Below, piece by piece: positions 7,370-15,987 of a stretch of DNA of 64,000 bases. A program made the translations under genes and the position numbers. The notes under the pieces are model-generated. The model did no database searches, was not told where the DNA came from, and saw nothing but the letters and a program-made list of their open reading frames with translations. The stretch is from an uncultured delta proteobacterium (GTDB lineage Bacteria > Desulfobacterota > Desulfobaccia > Desulfobaccales > 0-14-0-80-60-11). The DNA lies in contig CAWEWX010000077.1 in assembly GCA_963812655.1 (NCBI GenBank), positions 18,660-82,659 on the forward strand. Direction: 5' to 3'. Positions within the stretch are counted from its first letter, which is position 1, and each line of letters starts with the position of its first letter.

Positions 7370-8638
7370 ATGCCTCAGGAATCCCCCCCCCAACTCTCCG
7401 GCCGCTTGAAGATGCTGGTGGTCTTCGTGCTCTATTTCGCCGAAGGAGTGCCCTTCGGCTTCGTCTACACCACCCTGTCCTACTACCTCCGCAGCCGGGG
7501 GGTGCCCCTGGAGCAGATCGGCATCCTGAGCCTGATGGGCCTGGCCTGGAGCCTCAAGGTCCTGTGGAGCCCCCTGGCGGACCGCTTCGGCTCCCGGGCC
7601 GCCTGGCTGGTGCCGGCCCAGGTGGCGGTGATCCTCAGCCTGCTGGGGCTGGCCTGGCTGGCCGAAGCGCCGGTGGGCCCGGCCTTCTGGGTCCTGGTGG
7701 GGCTCCTCTGCCTGGCCTCGGCCACCCAGGACCTGGCCGTGGACGCCTACACCATCGACCTCCTGGACACCCGGGAGCTGGGGATGGCCAACGGCATCCG
7801 CATCGGCGCCTACCGGGTGGGCCTCATCGCCGCCGGGGGCGGGGTCCTGATACTCAGCGACCTGGTGGGCTGGAGCCCCACCTTCGTGGGGGTGGGCCTG
7901 ATCATGGCGGCCCTGGTGGTCACCGTCCTGGCCTGCCGGCCCTTTCATCTGCCCCGGCCGGAGCCGGCCCGGGCCGGTTCGGGATCGAGGCGCCCCAGCC
8001 AGATCAAGGAGTCTCTTAAGGGGCTGATGAGCCATACCAATATGGGGGTGATCATCGTCTTTATCCTGGCCTATAAGGCCGGCGACGCCATGTTGGGGGC
8101 CATGGTGAGCGCCTTCTGGCGGGACCTGGGGTTCAGCGGCACCCAGTTCGGGGTGGCCTCCATCACCCTGGGCAAACTGCCCGCCATCCTGGGCGGTTTT
8201 CTGGGGGGGGTGCTCACGGCCCGCTGGGGCATCAGCCGGGCCCTCTGGGTCTTGGGTATTTTTCAGGCGGTGTCGATCTTGGGATACTGGATGGCGGCGC
8301 TCCCGGGGGCCTGGCATTACACCATCTATCTGGCCACCCTGGGGGATAACCTGGCCGGCCAGATGGGCTCCGCGGCCTTCATGGCCTTCCTGATGTGCCT
8401 GTGCGACAAACGCTTCAGCGCCTCCCACTACGCCTTCCTGTCCATGCTCTTCGGCCTCAGCGGCCGCTTGTGCGGCTACCTGGGGGCCTGGCTGGCGGCC
8501 TCTTTGGGCTACGCCACCTTCTTCTTCCTGAGCTTCCTGGCCGCCTGGCCCGCCTTCGCCCTGCTCCCCTGGGTGCTGCCCACGGTGCGGCGGATCGAGG
8601 CAGGGAGCCGCGAGCAGTCAGCAGTCAACCGTGGCTAA
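7370..8638 (+). CDS. MFS transporter, AmpG-like
   Basis: 422 aa with about 12 predicted hydrophobic segments. The N-terminal motif YFAEGVPFGF...LKVLWSPLADRFG is typical of AmpG/muropeptide permease-type MFS proteins. Confidence 0.75.
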   Translation: MPQESPPQLSGRLKMLVVFVLYFAEGVPFGFVYTTLSYYLRSRGVPLEQIGILSLMGLAWSLKVLWSPLADRFGSRAAWLVPAQVAVILSLLGLAWLAEAPVGPAFWVLVGLLCLASATQDLAVDAYTIDLLDTRELGMANGIRIGAYRVGLIAAGGGVLILSDLVGWSPTFVGVGLIMAALVVTVLACRPFHLPRPEPARAGSGSRRPSQIKESLKGLMSHTNMGVIIVFILAYKAGDAMLGAMVSAFWRDLGFSGTQFGVASITLGKLPAILGGFLGGVLTARWGISRALWVLGIFQAVSILGYWMAALPGAWHYTIYLATLGDNLAGQMGSAAFMAFLMCLCDKRFSASHYAFLSMLFGLSGRLCGYLGAWLAASLGYATFFFLSFLAAWPAFALLPWVLPTVRRIEAGSREQSAVNRG

Positions 8639-8682
8639 GGAGGCCCGCTGGTTAATGGGAAAAGATGGGCTGCCGGAATTGG

Positions 8683-9489
8683 TTAGCCAAGCTCGTAAAG
8701 GTCGGGCCGGCGATCAGCCAATACCTTCATCTTGCTTCTGACCTCCTCCACCAGATCCAGATCGATGGCGACGGTGAGGAGCGCTTCCTCCGTTTCGCTG
8801 GCCTCCACCACGGTCCTCCCCCAGGGGTCGATGATTACCGAATCGCCGCAGTAGGTCACCAGATTACCCGGACCGAAGTCTTCCCTGCCTACCTGGTTGG
8901 TTCCAACCACAAACATCTGGTTCTCAATGGCCCGGGCCCGCACCAGAATTTTCCAATGCTCCAGTCTCGGATAAGGAAAGGCCATGGGAGAGAACACTAT
9001 CCTAACGCCCTTGAGAGCATAAGTCCGAAAAAGCTCCGGGAAGCGAATGTCGTAGCAAACCGACAACCCGGTCAGACCCCAGGGGGTCTCTGCCAGGCCG
9101 AGGGTTTTCCCGGCCGCCATATGCTTTTCTTCGCCAAGCAGGCTGAAGAGGTGCGTTTTGCGGTAGGTTGCGGTTCTCTCTCCCTTGGGGTTGAATAAGA
9201 TGGAGGTATTGGAGATTTTCCCATCTTCGTTGAGGGCGGCCATGGATCCGTTGATCCAGATACCGTGGCCTTTTGCCATACCGGCGATTCGATCCAGGGT
9301 CTTTTCGTGTTCGGCCGCCAGCCGTTCGTTGTTGGCCCAGTTAAAGCCCGTGGTCCACATCTCCGGAAAACAAACCACCTCACTTCCCCTGCGGGCAGCC
9401 TCGGCAATCAAGAGCTCGCCTTTGCGAAGGTTCACTTCCGGCTGCGAATTTGCCACCTCAATCTGGGCCAGGGATACTGTGAGTTTCAT
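8683..9489 (-). CDS. carbon-nitrogen hydrolase (nitrilase superfamily)
   Basis: Glu-Lys-Cys triad context is present: VVCFPEMW, YRKTHLF, LSVCYDIRFPE. 268 aa. Confidence 0.85.
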   Translation of the reverse strand: MKLTVSLAQIEVANSQPEVNLRKGELLIAEAARRGSEVVCFPEMWTTGFNWANNERLAAEHEKTLDRIAGMAKGHGIWINGSMAALNEDGKISNTSILFNPKGERTATYRKTHLFSLLGEEKHMAAGKTLGLAETPWGLTGLSVCYDIRFPELFRTYALKGVRIVFSPMAFPYPRLEHWKILVRARAIENQMFVVGTNQVGREDFGPGNLVTYCGDSVIIDPWGRTVVEASETEEALLTVAIDLDLVEEVRSKMKVLADRRPDLYELG

Positions 9490-9574
9490 CTGGAGTCTCC
9501 GGGTAAACTGCCAGGAGGGAGCGGCTCAGGGTGCCTCTGGCGCCATAATCGGTGCATTGGACGCATCTAAGAAG

Positions 9575-10216
9575 TCAACGGCCTGCCTGATACTTTTCTC
9601 TCAGACGCCGCAGCTTCTCCACCTCGGAGGCTGACAAAGGCGACACCGGTCCCTGCAGCCGCGCCGCCAGGATCACCCGTGCGGTGTGTTCCAGCTTTTC
9701 CATTTTATTGTAAGCGTCCATCACCTCCCGCCCCACGGTCATGGCGCCGTGCCGGGATAAGAGGATGGCGTCAAATTCCTGGATAAAATCCCGGATGGCC
9801 TTTGGAACTTCTTCGGTGCCCGGGGTGGCATAGGCCGCGGTGGGAATCCCCTTTAGGGTAATCACCACCTCCGGCAAGATGGGTTCCAACAAGGAGATCC
9901 CCGCCAGGGTACAGGCAGTGGCATAGGGTAGATGGGCATGCACCACGGCCCCCACATCCGGTCGCAACTCATAGACCAGCAGGTGCATGCGGAGTTCCGA
10001 AGTGGGCCGGCCCGTCCCGGCCAGCAACCGGCCTTCCAGGTCCACGGTGATCACCTGATCCTCCTCCAGCATTCCCTTATTCACCCCGCTGGGGGTGAGG
10101 AGGACCTGGTCCCCCAGACGCACACTGACATTGCCGTCGGTGGCCGCGAGGTAATTTTTCTGGTGCAACATCCGGCAGACCCGGACAATTTCCTGCCTTA
10201 GCTGAGCTTGGCGCAT
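9575..10216 (-). CDS. class II aldolase/adducin-family protein (fuculose-phosphate aldolase / MtnB-like)
   Basis: ATDGNVSVR, LLTPSGVNKG, VVHAHLPYATA, LLSRHGAMTVG; 213 aa. Confidence 0.85.
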   Translation of the reverse strand: MRQAQLRQEIVRVCRMLHQKNYLAATDGNVSVRLGDQVLLTPSGVNKGMLEEDQVITVDLEGRLLAGTGRPTSELRMHLLVYELRPDVGAVVHAHLPYATACTLAGISLLEPILPEVVITLKGIPTAAYATPGTEEVPKAIRDFIQEFDAILLSRHGAMTVGREVMDAYNKMEKLEHTARVILAARLQGPVSPLSASEVEKLRRLREKYQAGR

Positions 10217-10240
10217 CGTGGTCAGTCCTGTCCGGAAAAA

Positions 10241-11107
10241 TTAAGCCGGCCCCGAGAGGACTCTCTCGATCTTGGCCAGATTGGCCCGGGCCTCATCGGG
10301 CCGGGCCTGCTGCAGCAAGGTGGCCAGGCTGTCGATGATGGAGATTTGGCTGGGAAAGGCGGCCAGGCCGTCCGGAGCCGTGGTCATCTCCCGGCCCGCG
10401 GTCACCAGCACCAGATCCGCCATCCGGGACAGGGGAGCCAAAGGGTTGCTGGTGATGGCCAGGACCCGGGCCCCGCTGTCTTTAGCCACCCGGGCCGGGG
10501 CCAGGATTCCCTGGTTACTGCCCGAGTGGGAGATGGCCAGCAGGACGTCTTCCGTCCCCAGGAGGGCCGCGCTGATGACCATCTGATAGGTCTCGGTAAA
10601 GCAGCGGAGGTCCAGCCCCAGGGGGGCGAAGCGAATGGCGGCATATTGCGCCGCCAGCCCCGAGCCTCGCAAACCGCCAATGATCAGCCGCCGGCAATTT
10701 CCCATGACTTGCCCGGTCTGGAGCAACTGCCGCATCTCCAAAACTTCCAGGGTTTCCTCCAGGGCGGCGAGGTTGGCTTTGAAGATCCACCGCACCAGGG
10801 TGGCGGGACCCGCATCTTCCGGCAGCCGCGGTGGCGGCGCCACCAGTTCCCGGGCCAGGCCGATCTTGAAATCTTGAAAACCCTTAAAACCCAGGGTGCG
10901 GCAACAGCGCATGACGGTGGCCTCGCTAACCCCGGCGGCCGCCGCCACTTCATTGACCGAGGCATAGATGGCCATCTCCGGCTGCGCCAGGATCAGGCTC
11001 GCCACTTTCTGCAAGGCCGCTTTCAGGGAAGGATAAATCCCTCGCAGGCGGATCAAGGCGCCGCTCTGAAGGTCCCGGCCCCTATCCTCCGGATTGGGCC
11101 TTTCCAT
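10241..11107 (-). CDS. MurR/RpiR-family transcriptional regulator (HTH + SIS)
   Basis: N-terminal HTH_6-like segment (VNEVAAAAGVSEATVMRCCRTLGFKGF) and C-terminal SIS domain (LLAISHSGSNQG). Confidence 0.85.
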   Translation of the reverse strand: MERPNPEDRGRDLQSGALIRLRGIYPSLKAALQKVASLILAQPEMAIYASVNEVAAAAGVSEATVMRCCRTLGFKGFQDFKIGLARELVAPPPRLPEDAGPATLVRWIFKANLAALEETLEVLEMRQLLQTGQVMGNCRRLIIGGLRGSGLAAQYAAIRFAPLGLDLRCFTETYQMVISAALLGTEDVLLAISHSGSNQGILAPARVAKDSGARVLAITSNPLAPLSRMADLVLVTAGREMTTAPDGLAAFPSQISIIDSLATLLQQARPDEARANLAKIERVLSGPA

Positions 11108-11245
11108 GGGCAGATCTCCTTTGGGAATTTAGATAATAATATATATTTTGCTAATAAAAATATAATAGAAAATATTTTATATCCATTAATCTTTTTCGCG
11201 GAAACCTTCCCCCGCGCCGCGAAGTTTTCCCGCGGCGGCCTCTCC

Positions 11246-12715
11246 CTACTCCAGCAAGCGGCGCACCAGCCTGAGGGCCTCTTCCCGGGTGCGCACCATT
11301 CCTTCCCACTGGGCCTCCTGCACCGCGGTCAACAGGTGTCGAAAGCGAGGCCCGGGGTCCAGGTGAAATTCCCGGATCAGGTCGTCGCCGCTGAGCAGTC
11401 GGGGCAGAGATTCCTGGGGCTCCAGCTTCTCCTTCAGGAAACGCAGGGCCTCATCCGCCAGTTCGGCCAACACTGCCTCGGAATCCGCGGGTTTCATGGG
11501 CCCCTGACCTGCCAGGCTGTCGGCCATGGCCAGGGCAAAGAGGCCGGGCAGCTCAGGCCGCGCGGCCCGCACCATCCGTCCCAGGGCCCGGAAACTCAGT
11601 TCCCGCTGCCGAAAGGCGGGCAGCAGCAGAAAGGGGCGCATATGCAGTCGGATAAGGGTGGTCACCGCCTTGGCTTCCGCCGCGCTCAGACGCAACCTCT
11701 GGACCACCCCGGCAAAGATCTCTATCCCCAGTTTCTCATGAAAATAAAAGGTATAGCGGTCCGGATCGCGGCGCCGCTCCCGGACCCTGGGTTTACCGGC
11801 GTCATGGAACAGGGCCGCCAGCTTGACCAGGGCCGGCCAGGGCGGCGCCCCCGCCGCGGCCACTGCCGCAGCCATTTCCCCAAAGTACCGCCGGGGCTCC
11901 GCCAGCACCTCCTCCAGGTGCAACACCGCGGCCAGGGAGTGTTGAAACACGTCTAGATGGTGATAACCATTCTGATCCACCCCCTTCAGCTCTTCGAGCT
12001 CTGGAAGGATCCGGGTGAGGAGGCCGACTCGATCCATCCGGGCCAGGATGGGGGCGGCCCGGGGCGCTCCCAGCAGGAGAAACAACTCCTGGTGGACCCG
12101 CTCCCCGGCTACCCGGGAGAATTCCCGGGCCAGTCCGGCGATGGCGGCCTCGGTCTCCGGCGTCAGCTCCAGGCCGTGGGTGGCGGCAAACCGGTAAGCC
12201 CGCAGCAGCCGCAACGGATCCGCAGCCAGATTCTGCGCCGCCACCATCCGGATCAACCCCCGGGACAAATCCTCCAGACCTCCCAGGGGATCGAGGACCA
12301 GGAGAGGCGCCAGACCCAGGATGGCGTCCAGGTCCAGGGCCACCGCATTGATGGTGAAATCCCGGCCCCGCAGATCCCCTTCCAGTCCGGGGCCCCGGAA
12401 CTCGGCCAGGTCCAGGATCTCTCCCCGGCAGGCTACCCGGGCGGTGCGCTCCCCTTCGTCCAGGAGCACGAAGGTGCCTTCCAGGGCGGCGGCCAGCTCC
12501 CGGGCCAGTTCCAGGGTTTGCCCCGAGACCGCCAGGTCCTGGTCCGGCGCGGTCCGCCCCAGGGCCAACTCCCGCACCGAGCCCCCCACCAGGTAGACCT
12601 TGGCCTTCCGGGCCGCGGCCAGCTCCTGCAACACTCGGAAAGAACGCCGCCCCGCCAGCCTGGCGGCGCCCGCCAGAAGCTCTTTCCGAAGGGCATTGAC
12701 GGTCATCTCGGACAT
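11246..12715 (-). CDS. CCA-adding enzyme / poly(A) polymerase-family nucleotidyltransferase with HD domain
   Basis: VYLVGGSVRELALGRTAPDQDLAV (pol-beta NTase head), RDFTINA, HD motif LFHDAGK. Start chosen at ATG 12715 (MSEMTVNAL); the track start 12820 adds an unlikely leader. Confidence 0.8.
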   Translation of the reverse strand: MSEMTVNALRKELLAGAARLAGRRSFRVLQELAAARKAKVYLVGGSVRELALGRTAPDQDLAVSGQTLELARELAAALEGTFVLLDEGERTARVACRGEILDLAEFRGPGLEGDLRGRDFTINAVALDLDAILGLAPLLVLDPLGGLEDLSRGLIRMVAAQNLAADPLRLLRAYRFAATHGLELTPETEAAIAGLAREFSRVAGERVHQELFLLLGAPRAAPILARMDRVGLLTRILPELEELKGVDQNGYHHLDVFQHSLAAVLHLEEVLAEPRRYFGEMAAAVAAAGAPPWPALVKLAALFHDAGKPRVRERRRDPDRYTFYFHEKLGIEIFAGVVQRLRLSAAEAKAVTTLIRLHMRPFLLLPAFRQRELSFRALGRMVRAARPELPGLFALAMADSLAGQGPMKPADSEAVLAELADEALRFLKEKLEPQESLPRLLSGDDLIREFHLDPGPRFRHLLTAVQEAQWEGMVRTREEALRLVRRLLE

Positions 12716-13269
12716 CCCCAACCCAAATCCCCTTTGGCAGAGAGATGAGACACGGCGGTGCAAAAATCCGGGCGCCGGCCGGGACTTCGCTAGCCGGCCC
12801 CATCCTGTTTTTTTTACCACATATTCAGGATAATTATTTCATTATCCCGGCCGCCGCGCAAATTAGGTTAATCGATTATCCCTTAAACCCGGCAAACAAC
12901 GAATTACTATCTTGACATTGTAGTAGTTGAAATGTAATCACCGCTCATTCGCAATGGGGGCCTGACTTAACTCCCTCCCCCTGGAGGGGGGAGGGTTGGG
13001 GAGGGGGTGGCGTGATCTTGGCTGTATGTCAGATACTCGCCACCCTCCCCCTAACCCCCTCTCCTCAAGGGAGGGGGAATTTTATACTTCGGTCTGCAAT
13101 CGTTTGCTTTCACTCTGCACCGTTATCAATCGTTGGGAGGTCGAAACCAGGGTAATACAAATTAGGTTATACTTATACTGTGGCGTTCCACTGTCAGGTT
13201 TTGGTGGGCCGCGCCCACCCCACATTCAGGCTCACCGGGCCTTGGCTCGAGATATCTTTGGAGTATCTC

Positions 13270-14310
13270 ATGGAAGAGCAGGTACGACGCACTTTGAAGC
13301 TCATCTCAGGAGAGGACCTGGCCGCCAGCGTCCCTCCCGGCACTCAGGCCGGCCCCGGGGAGGGCTCGGACCTGGAACTCCTGGACGCCTACTCCCGGGC
13401 CATCGTCAAGGTGGTGGAGGAGGTGGGTCCCGCGGTGGTGGGCATCACCACCGGCAGCCCGTCGCCCCGGCAGGCGGCGGAGCAGGCCGGGGCCGGCTCG
13501 GGGGTCCTCATCGCCCCGGATGGCTATATCCTCACCAACGACCACGTGGTGGCCCAGGCCCGGCTCCTCCAGGCCACCCTGGAAGACGGCCGCACCCTGG
13601 CCGGCGAGATCGTCGGCACCGACCCCGCCACCGACCTGGCGGTGATTCGGGTAAACGCCGCGGGCCTGCCTTTTGCCAGCCTGGGGGACTCCGCGGCCCT
13701 GCGGGTGGGCCAGGTGGTCATCGCCATCGGCAACCCCTTCGGCTTCCAGTCCACTGTCTCCACCGGGGTGGTGAGCGCCCTGGGCCGGGCCTTGCGGAGC
13801 CGCGCCGGCCGCCTCATCGAGAATATCATCCAGCACTCCGCCCCCCTCAACCCGGGCAACTCCGGGGGGCCGTTGGTCGATTCCCGGGGCCGGGTGGTGG
13901 GGGTCAACACCGCCATCATCATGATGGCCCAGGGCATCGGGTTCGCCATCCCGGCCAATACCGCCAAGTGGGTGGTGTCCCAACTGCTTACCCACGGCCG
14001 GGTGCGCCGGGGCTACCTGGGACTGGTGGCCCGGCAGCGGCCCCTGGAGCGCCGGCTGGTGCGCTTTCACCGCCTGAGCGCCGAATCGGCAGTGGAGGCC
14101 ATCTCGGTGGACCCCCAGGGACCGGCGGCCCAGGCCGGTTTCCGGGAGGGCGACCTCGTCGTCTCCATCAACGGCCAACCTTTGCTCAGCGTGGACGACC
14201 TGCACCGTTTCCTGGCCGAGTGGCCCATCGGCGAGCCGGTGACCCTCACCGTCATCCGGGGCCTGGAACGCCAGGACCTGCGGGTGCGCCCCCGGGAGGC
14301 CAAAGCCTAG
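13270..14310 (+). CDS. S1C (HtrA/DegP-like) serine protease with PDZ domain, no signal peptide, copy 1
   Basis: Triad contexts TNDHVV, DLAVIRV and GNSGGPL, with a C-terminal PDZ-like region (GDLVVSINGQP). GGAG lies 6 nt before ATG 13270. The N-terminus MEEQVRRTLKLISGEDLAAS has no hydrophobic segment. Confidence 0.85.
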   Translation: MEEQVRRTLKLISGEDLAASVPPGTQAGPGEGSDLELLDAYSRAIVKVVEEVGPAVVGITTGSPSPRQAAEQAGAGSGVLIAPDGYILTNDHVVAQARLLQATLEDGRTLAGEIVGTDPATDLAVIRVNAAGLPFASLGDSAALRVGQVVIAIGNPFGFQSTVSTGVVSALGRALRSRAGRLIENIIQHSAPLNPGNSGGPLVDSRGRVVGVNTAIIMMAQGIGFAIPANTAKWVVSQLLTHGRVRRGYLGLVARQRPLERRLVRFHRLSAESAVEAISVDPQGPAAQAGFREGDLVVSINGQPLLSVDDLHRFLAEWPIGEPVTLTVIRGLERQDLRVRPREAKA

Positions 14311-14314
14311 AATA

Positions 14315-14363
14315 CAGGGGTCAGGGGCCAGGGGCCAGGGATTAGGGATTAGGGATTAGGGTC
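14315..14363 (+). repeat. heptanucleotide array / G-quadruplex-capable tract
   Basis: CAGGGGT CAGGGGC CAGGGGC CAGGGAT TAGGGAT TAGGGAT TAGGGTC. Seven in-phase 7-mers give seven G3-4 runs separated by 3-4 nt. Starts 4 nt after the protease-1 stop and is absent from the equivalent spacer of copy 2. Confidence 0.85.
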
Positions 14364-14437
14364 TCTGCCCTGCGGGAACGGGGATGTCTCCAAGGTGGGG
14401 CCGGCCCGCCCTGCCGGGGCAGCTTTAAGGTTTCTCA

Positions 14438-14480
14438 TTGTCTTTTGCGCCGCAGTTCAAGTAAGATCAAACAAGATCTT
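14438..14480 (+). promoter_or_regulatory. candidate radA promoter plus palindrome (copy 1)
   Basis: TTGTCT, 18 nt spacer, TAAGAT (14438-14467), overlapped by the inverted repeat AAGATC-n6-GATCTT (14463-14480). Conserved in copy 2 while the upstream spacer is not. Confidence 0.4.
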
Positions 14481-14526
14481 TTGTTGGGCATCACCAATCT
14501 CAGCTCTCCAAGGACGCCTAGCCCCC

Positions 14527-15987
14527 ATGTCCCGGGCCGGAAGACCGGTGTTTGTCTGCCAGCAGTGCGGCTACCAGGCGGCCAAATGGCTGGGGCGTTG
14601 CCCCGAATGCGGCGCCTGGAGCTCCATGGCCGAAGAGGAAATAGCCCCCGTGGCCCCCGGCCTGGCGCAATTGCCTCCCCGGCGCGGCCAGCCCCTGCCC
14701 CTGCTTAGCCTGCAGGCGGCCCCGGAGGTGCGCCGGATCTCCGGCATCCAGGAGTTCGACCGCACCCTGGGAGGCGCGGTGATCCAGGGTTCCGTGGTGC
14801 TGCTGGGCGGCGACCCGGGGATCGGCAAATCGACCCTCATCCTCCAGGTCCTGGACCGGCTCAGCCGGGGAGGCCTGGTCGGCCTCTACATTTCCGGGGA
14901 GGAGTCCGAAGCCCAGCTCAAACTCCGGGCCAATCGCCTGGGCCTCACCTCCGGCGACCTGCTGGTGGCCACCGAGACCTGCCTGGAAAACATCCTCAAG
15001 ATAGTGGAAGAGGTCCGGCCCGCCTTCCTGGCCCTCGATTCCATCCAGACCATGTACACCGCCACTATTCCTGCGGCCCCCGGCTCCCTGAACCAGGTCA
15101 GGGAGACGGCCTTTCGGCTGGTGCAGCAGGCCAAACTCACCGGGGTCGCCACCTTTCTCATCGGCCATGTCACCAAGGAAGGCGCCATCGCCGGCCCCAT
15201 GACCCTGGAACACCTGGTGGACACGGTCCTCTACCTGGAAGGGGACCGCAGCCACGCCTTCCGGCTGCTGCGCACCGTGAAGAACCGCTTCGGCCCCACC
15301 CAGGAACTGGGGGTCTTTGAGATGCAGGAGGCCGGCCTCCTGGAGGTGGACAACCCCTCGGGCCTTTTCATGGCGGAGCGGTCCCTGGAGGTCCCCGGCG
15401 CCGCGGTGGTCCCCAGCCTTGAGGGCTCCCGCCCCATCCTGGTGGAGGTCCAGGCCCTGGTGTCCCCCTCCTCCCTGGCCCTGCCCCGCCGCCAAAGCAT
15501 GGGAGTGGACCCGGGAAGGGTGTCGCTGCTGGTGGCCATCCTGGAAAAGCGGGTGGGACTGGGCCTGAGCGGCCAGGATCTCTTTGTCAACGTGGCCGGC
15601 GGGGTCCGCCTCACCGAACCGGCCGCGGACCTGGGGATCTCCCTGGCCGTGGCCTCCTCCTTTCTGGAGCGGGCGCTGCCCGCGGACACCCTGATCTTCG
15701 GAGAAGTGGGCCTCACCGGCGAGATCCGGGCGGTGAGCGCCCCGGAAGTACGCCTCAAGGAAGGGCATAAGCTGGGGTTCCGCCGGGCCCTCCTGGCCCT
15801 GCGCCAAAAAGAGCGCCTGGGGGACTTCCCCGGGCTAATGTTAAAAATAATAATTATTATATATACTGTGGCGGTCAGCTGTCAGGTTTTGGTGGGCAGC
15901 GCCACCTACATTAAGACTCACCGGGCCTTGGCTCGATGGATATATCTTTGGAGTATCTCATGGAAGAGCAGGTGCGACGCACTTTGA
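14527..15987 (+). CDS. radA: DNA repair protein RadA/Sms, copy 1, with a chimeric 49-aa C-terminal tail
   Basis: Zn finger CQQCGYQ...CPECG, Walker A GGDPGIGKST, KNRFG motif, Lon-like C domain. After ...RLGDFPGL the frame runs into the duplication junction (MLKIIIIIYTVAVSCQ...). The terminal 18 aa seen in copy 2 are missing. Confidence 0.8.
   Translation: MSRAGRPVFVCQQCGYQAAKWLGRCPECGAWSSMAEEEIAPVAPGLAQLPPRRGQPLPLLSLQAAPEVRRISGIQEFDRTLGGAVIQGSVVLLGGDPGIGKSTLILQVLDRLSRGGLVGLYISGEESEAQLKLRANRLGLTSGDLLVATETCLENILKIVEEVRPAFLALDSIQTMYTATIPAAPGSLNQVRETAFRLVQQAKLTGVATFLIGHVTKEGAIAGPMTLEHLVDTVLYLEGDRSHAFRLLRTVKNRFGPTQELGVFEMQEAGLLEVDNPSGLFMAERSLEVPGAAVVPSLEGSRPILVEVQALVSPSSLALPRRQSMGVDPGRVSLLVAILEKRVGLGLSGQDLFVNVAGGVRLTEPAADLGISLAVASSFLERALPADTLIFGEVGLTGEIRAVSAPEVRLKEGHKLGFRRALLALRQKERLGDFPGLMLKIIIIIYTVAVSCQVLVGSATYIKTHRALARWIYLWSISWKSRCDAL

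Larger units (their letters stand above)
13145..15837 (+). repeat. tandem duplication unit 1 (protease + radA); left boundary approximate
   Basis: Aligns with 15838-18531. Protease ATGs are 2690 nt apart (13270/15960) and radA ATGs 2697 nt apart (14527/17224). Similarity ends after GGGGACTTCCCCGGGCT at about 15837. Confidence 0.85.

Noticed and set aside
14341-14361. (GGGATTA)3, which looks like a telomeric TTAGGG-type repeat.
   Set aside because: Only three units, internal to a bacterial operon spacer, and part of the heptad-repeat family. There is no evidence for a linear replicon end.
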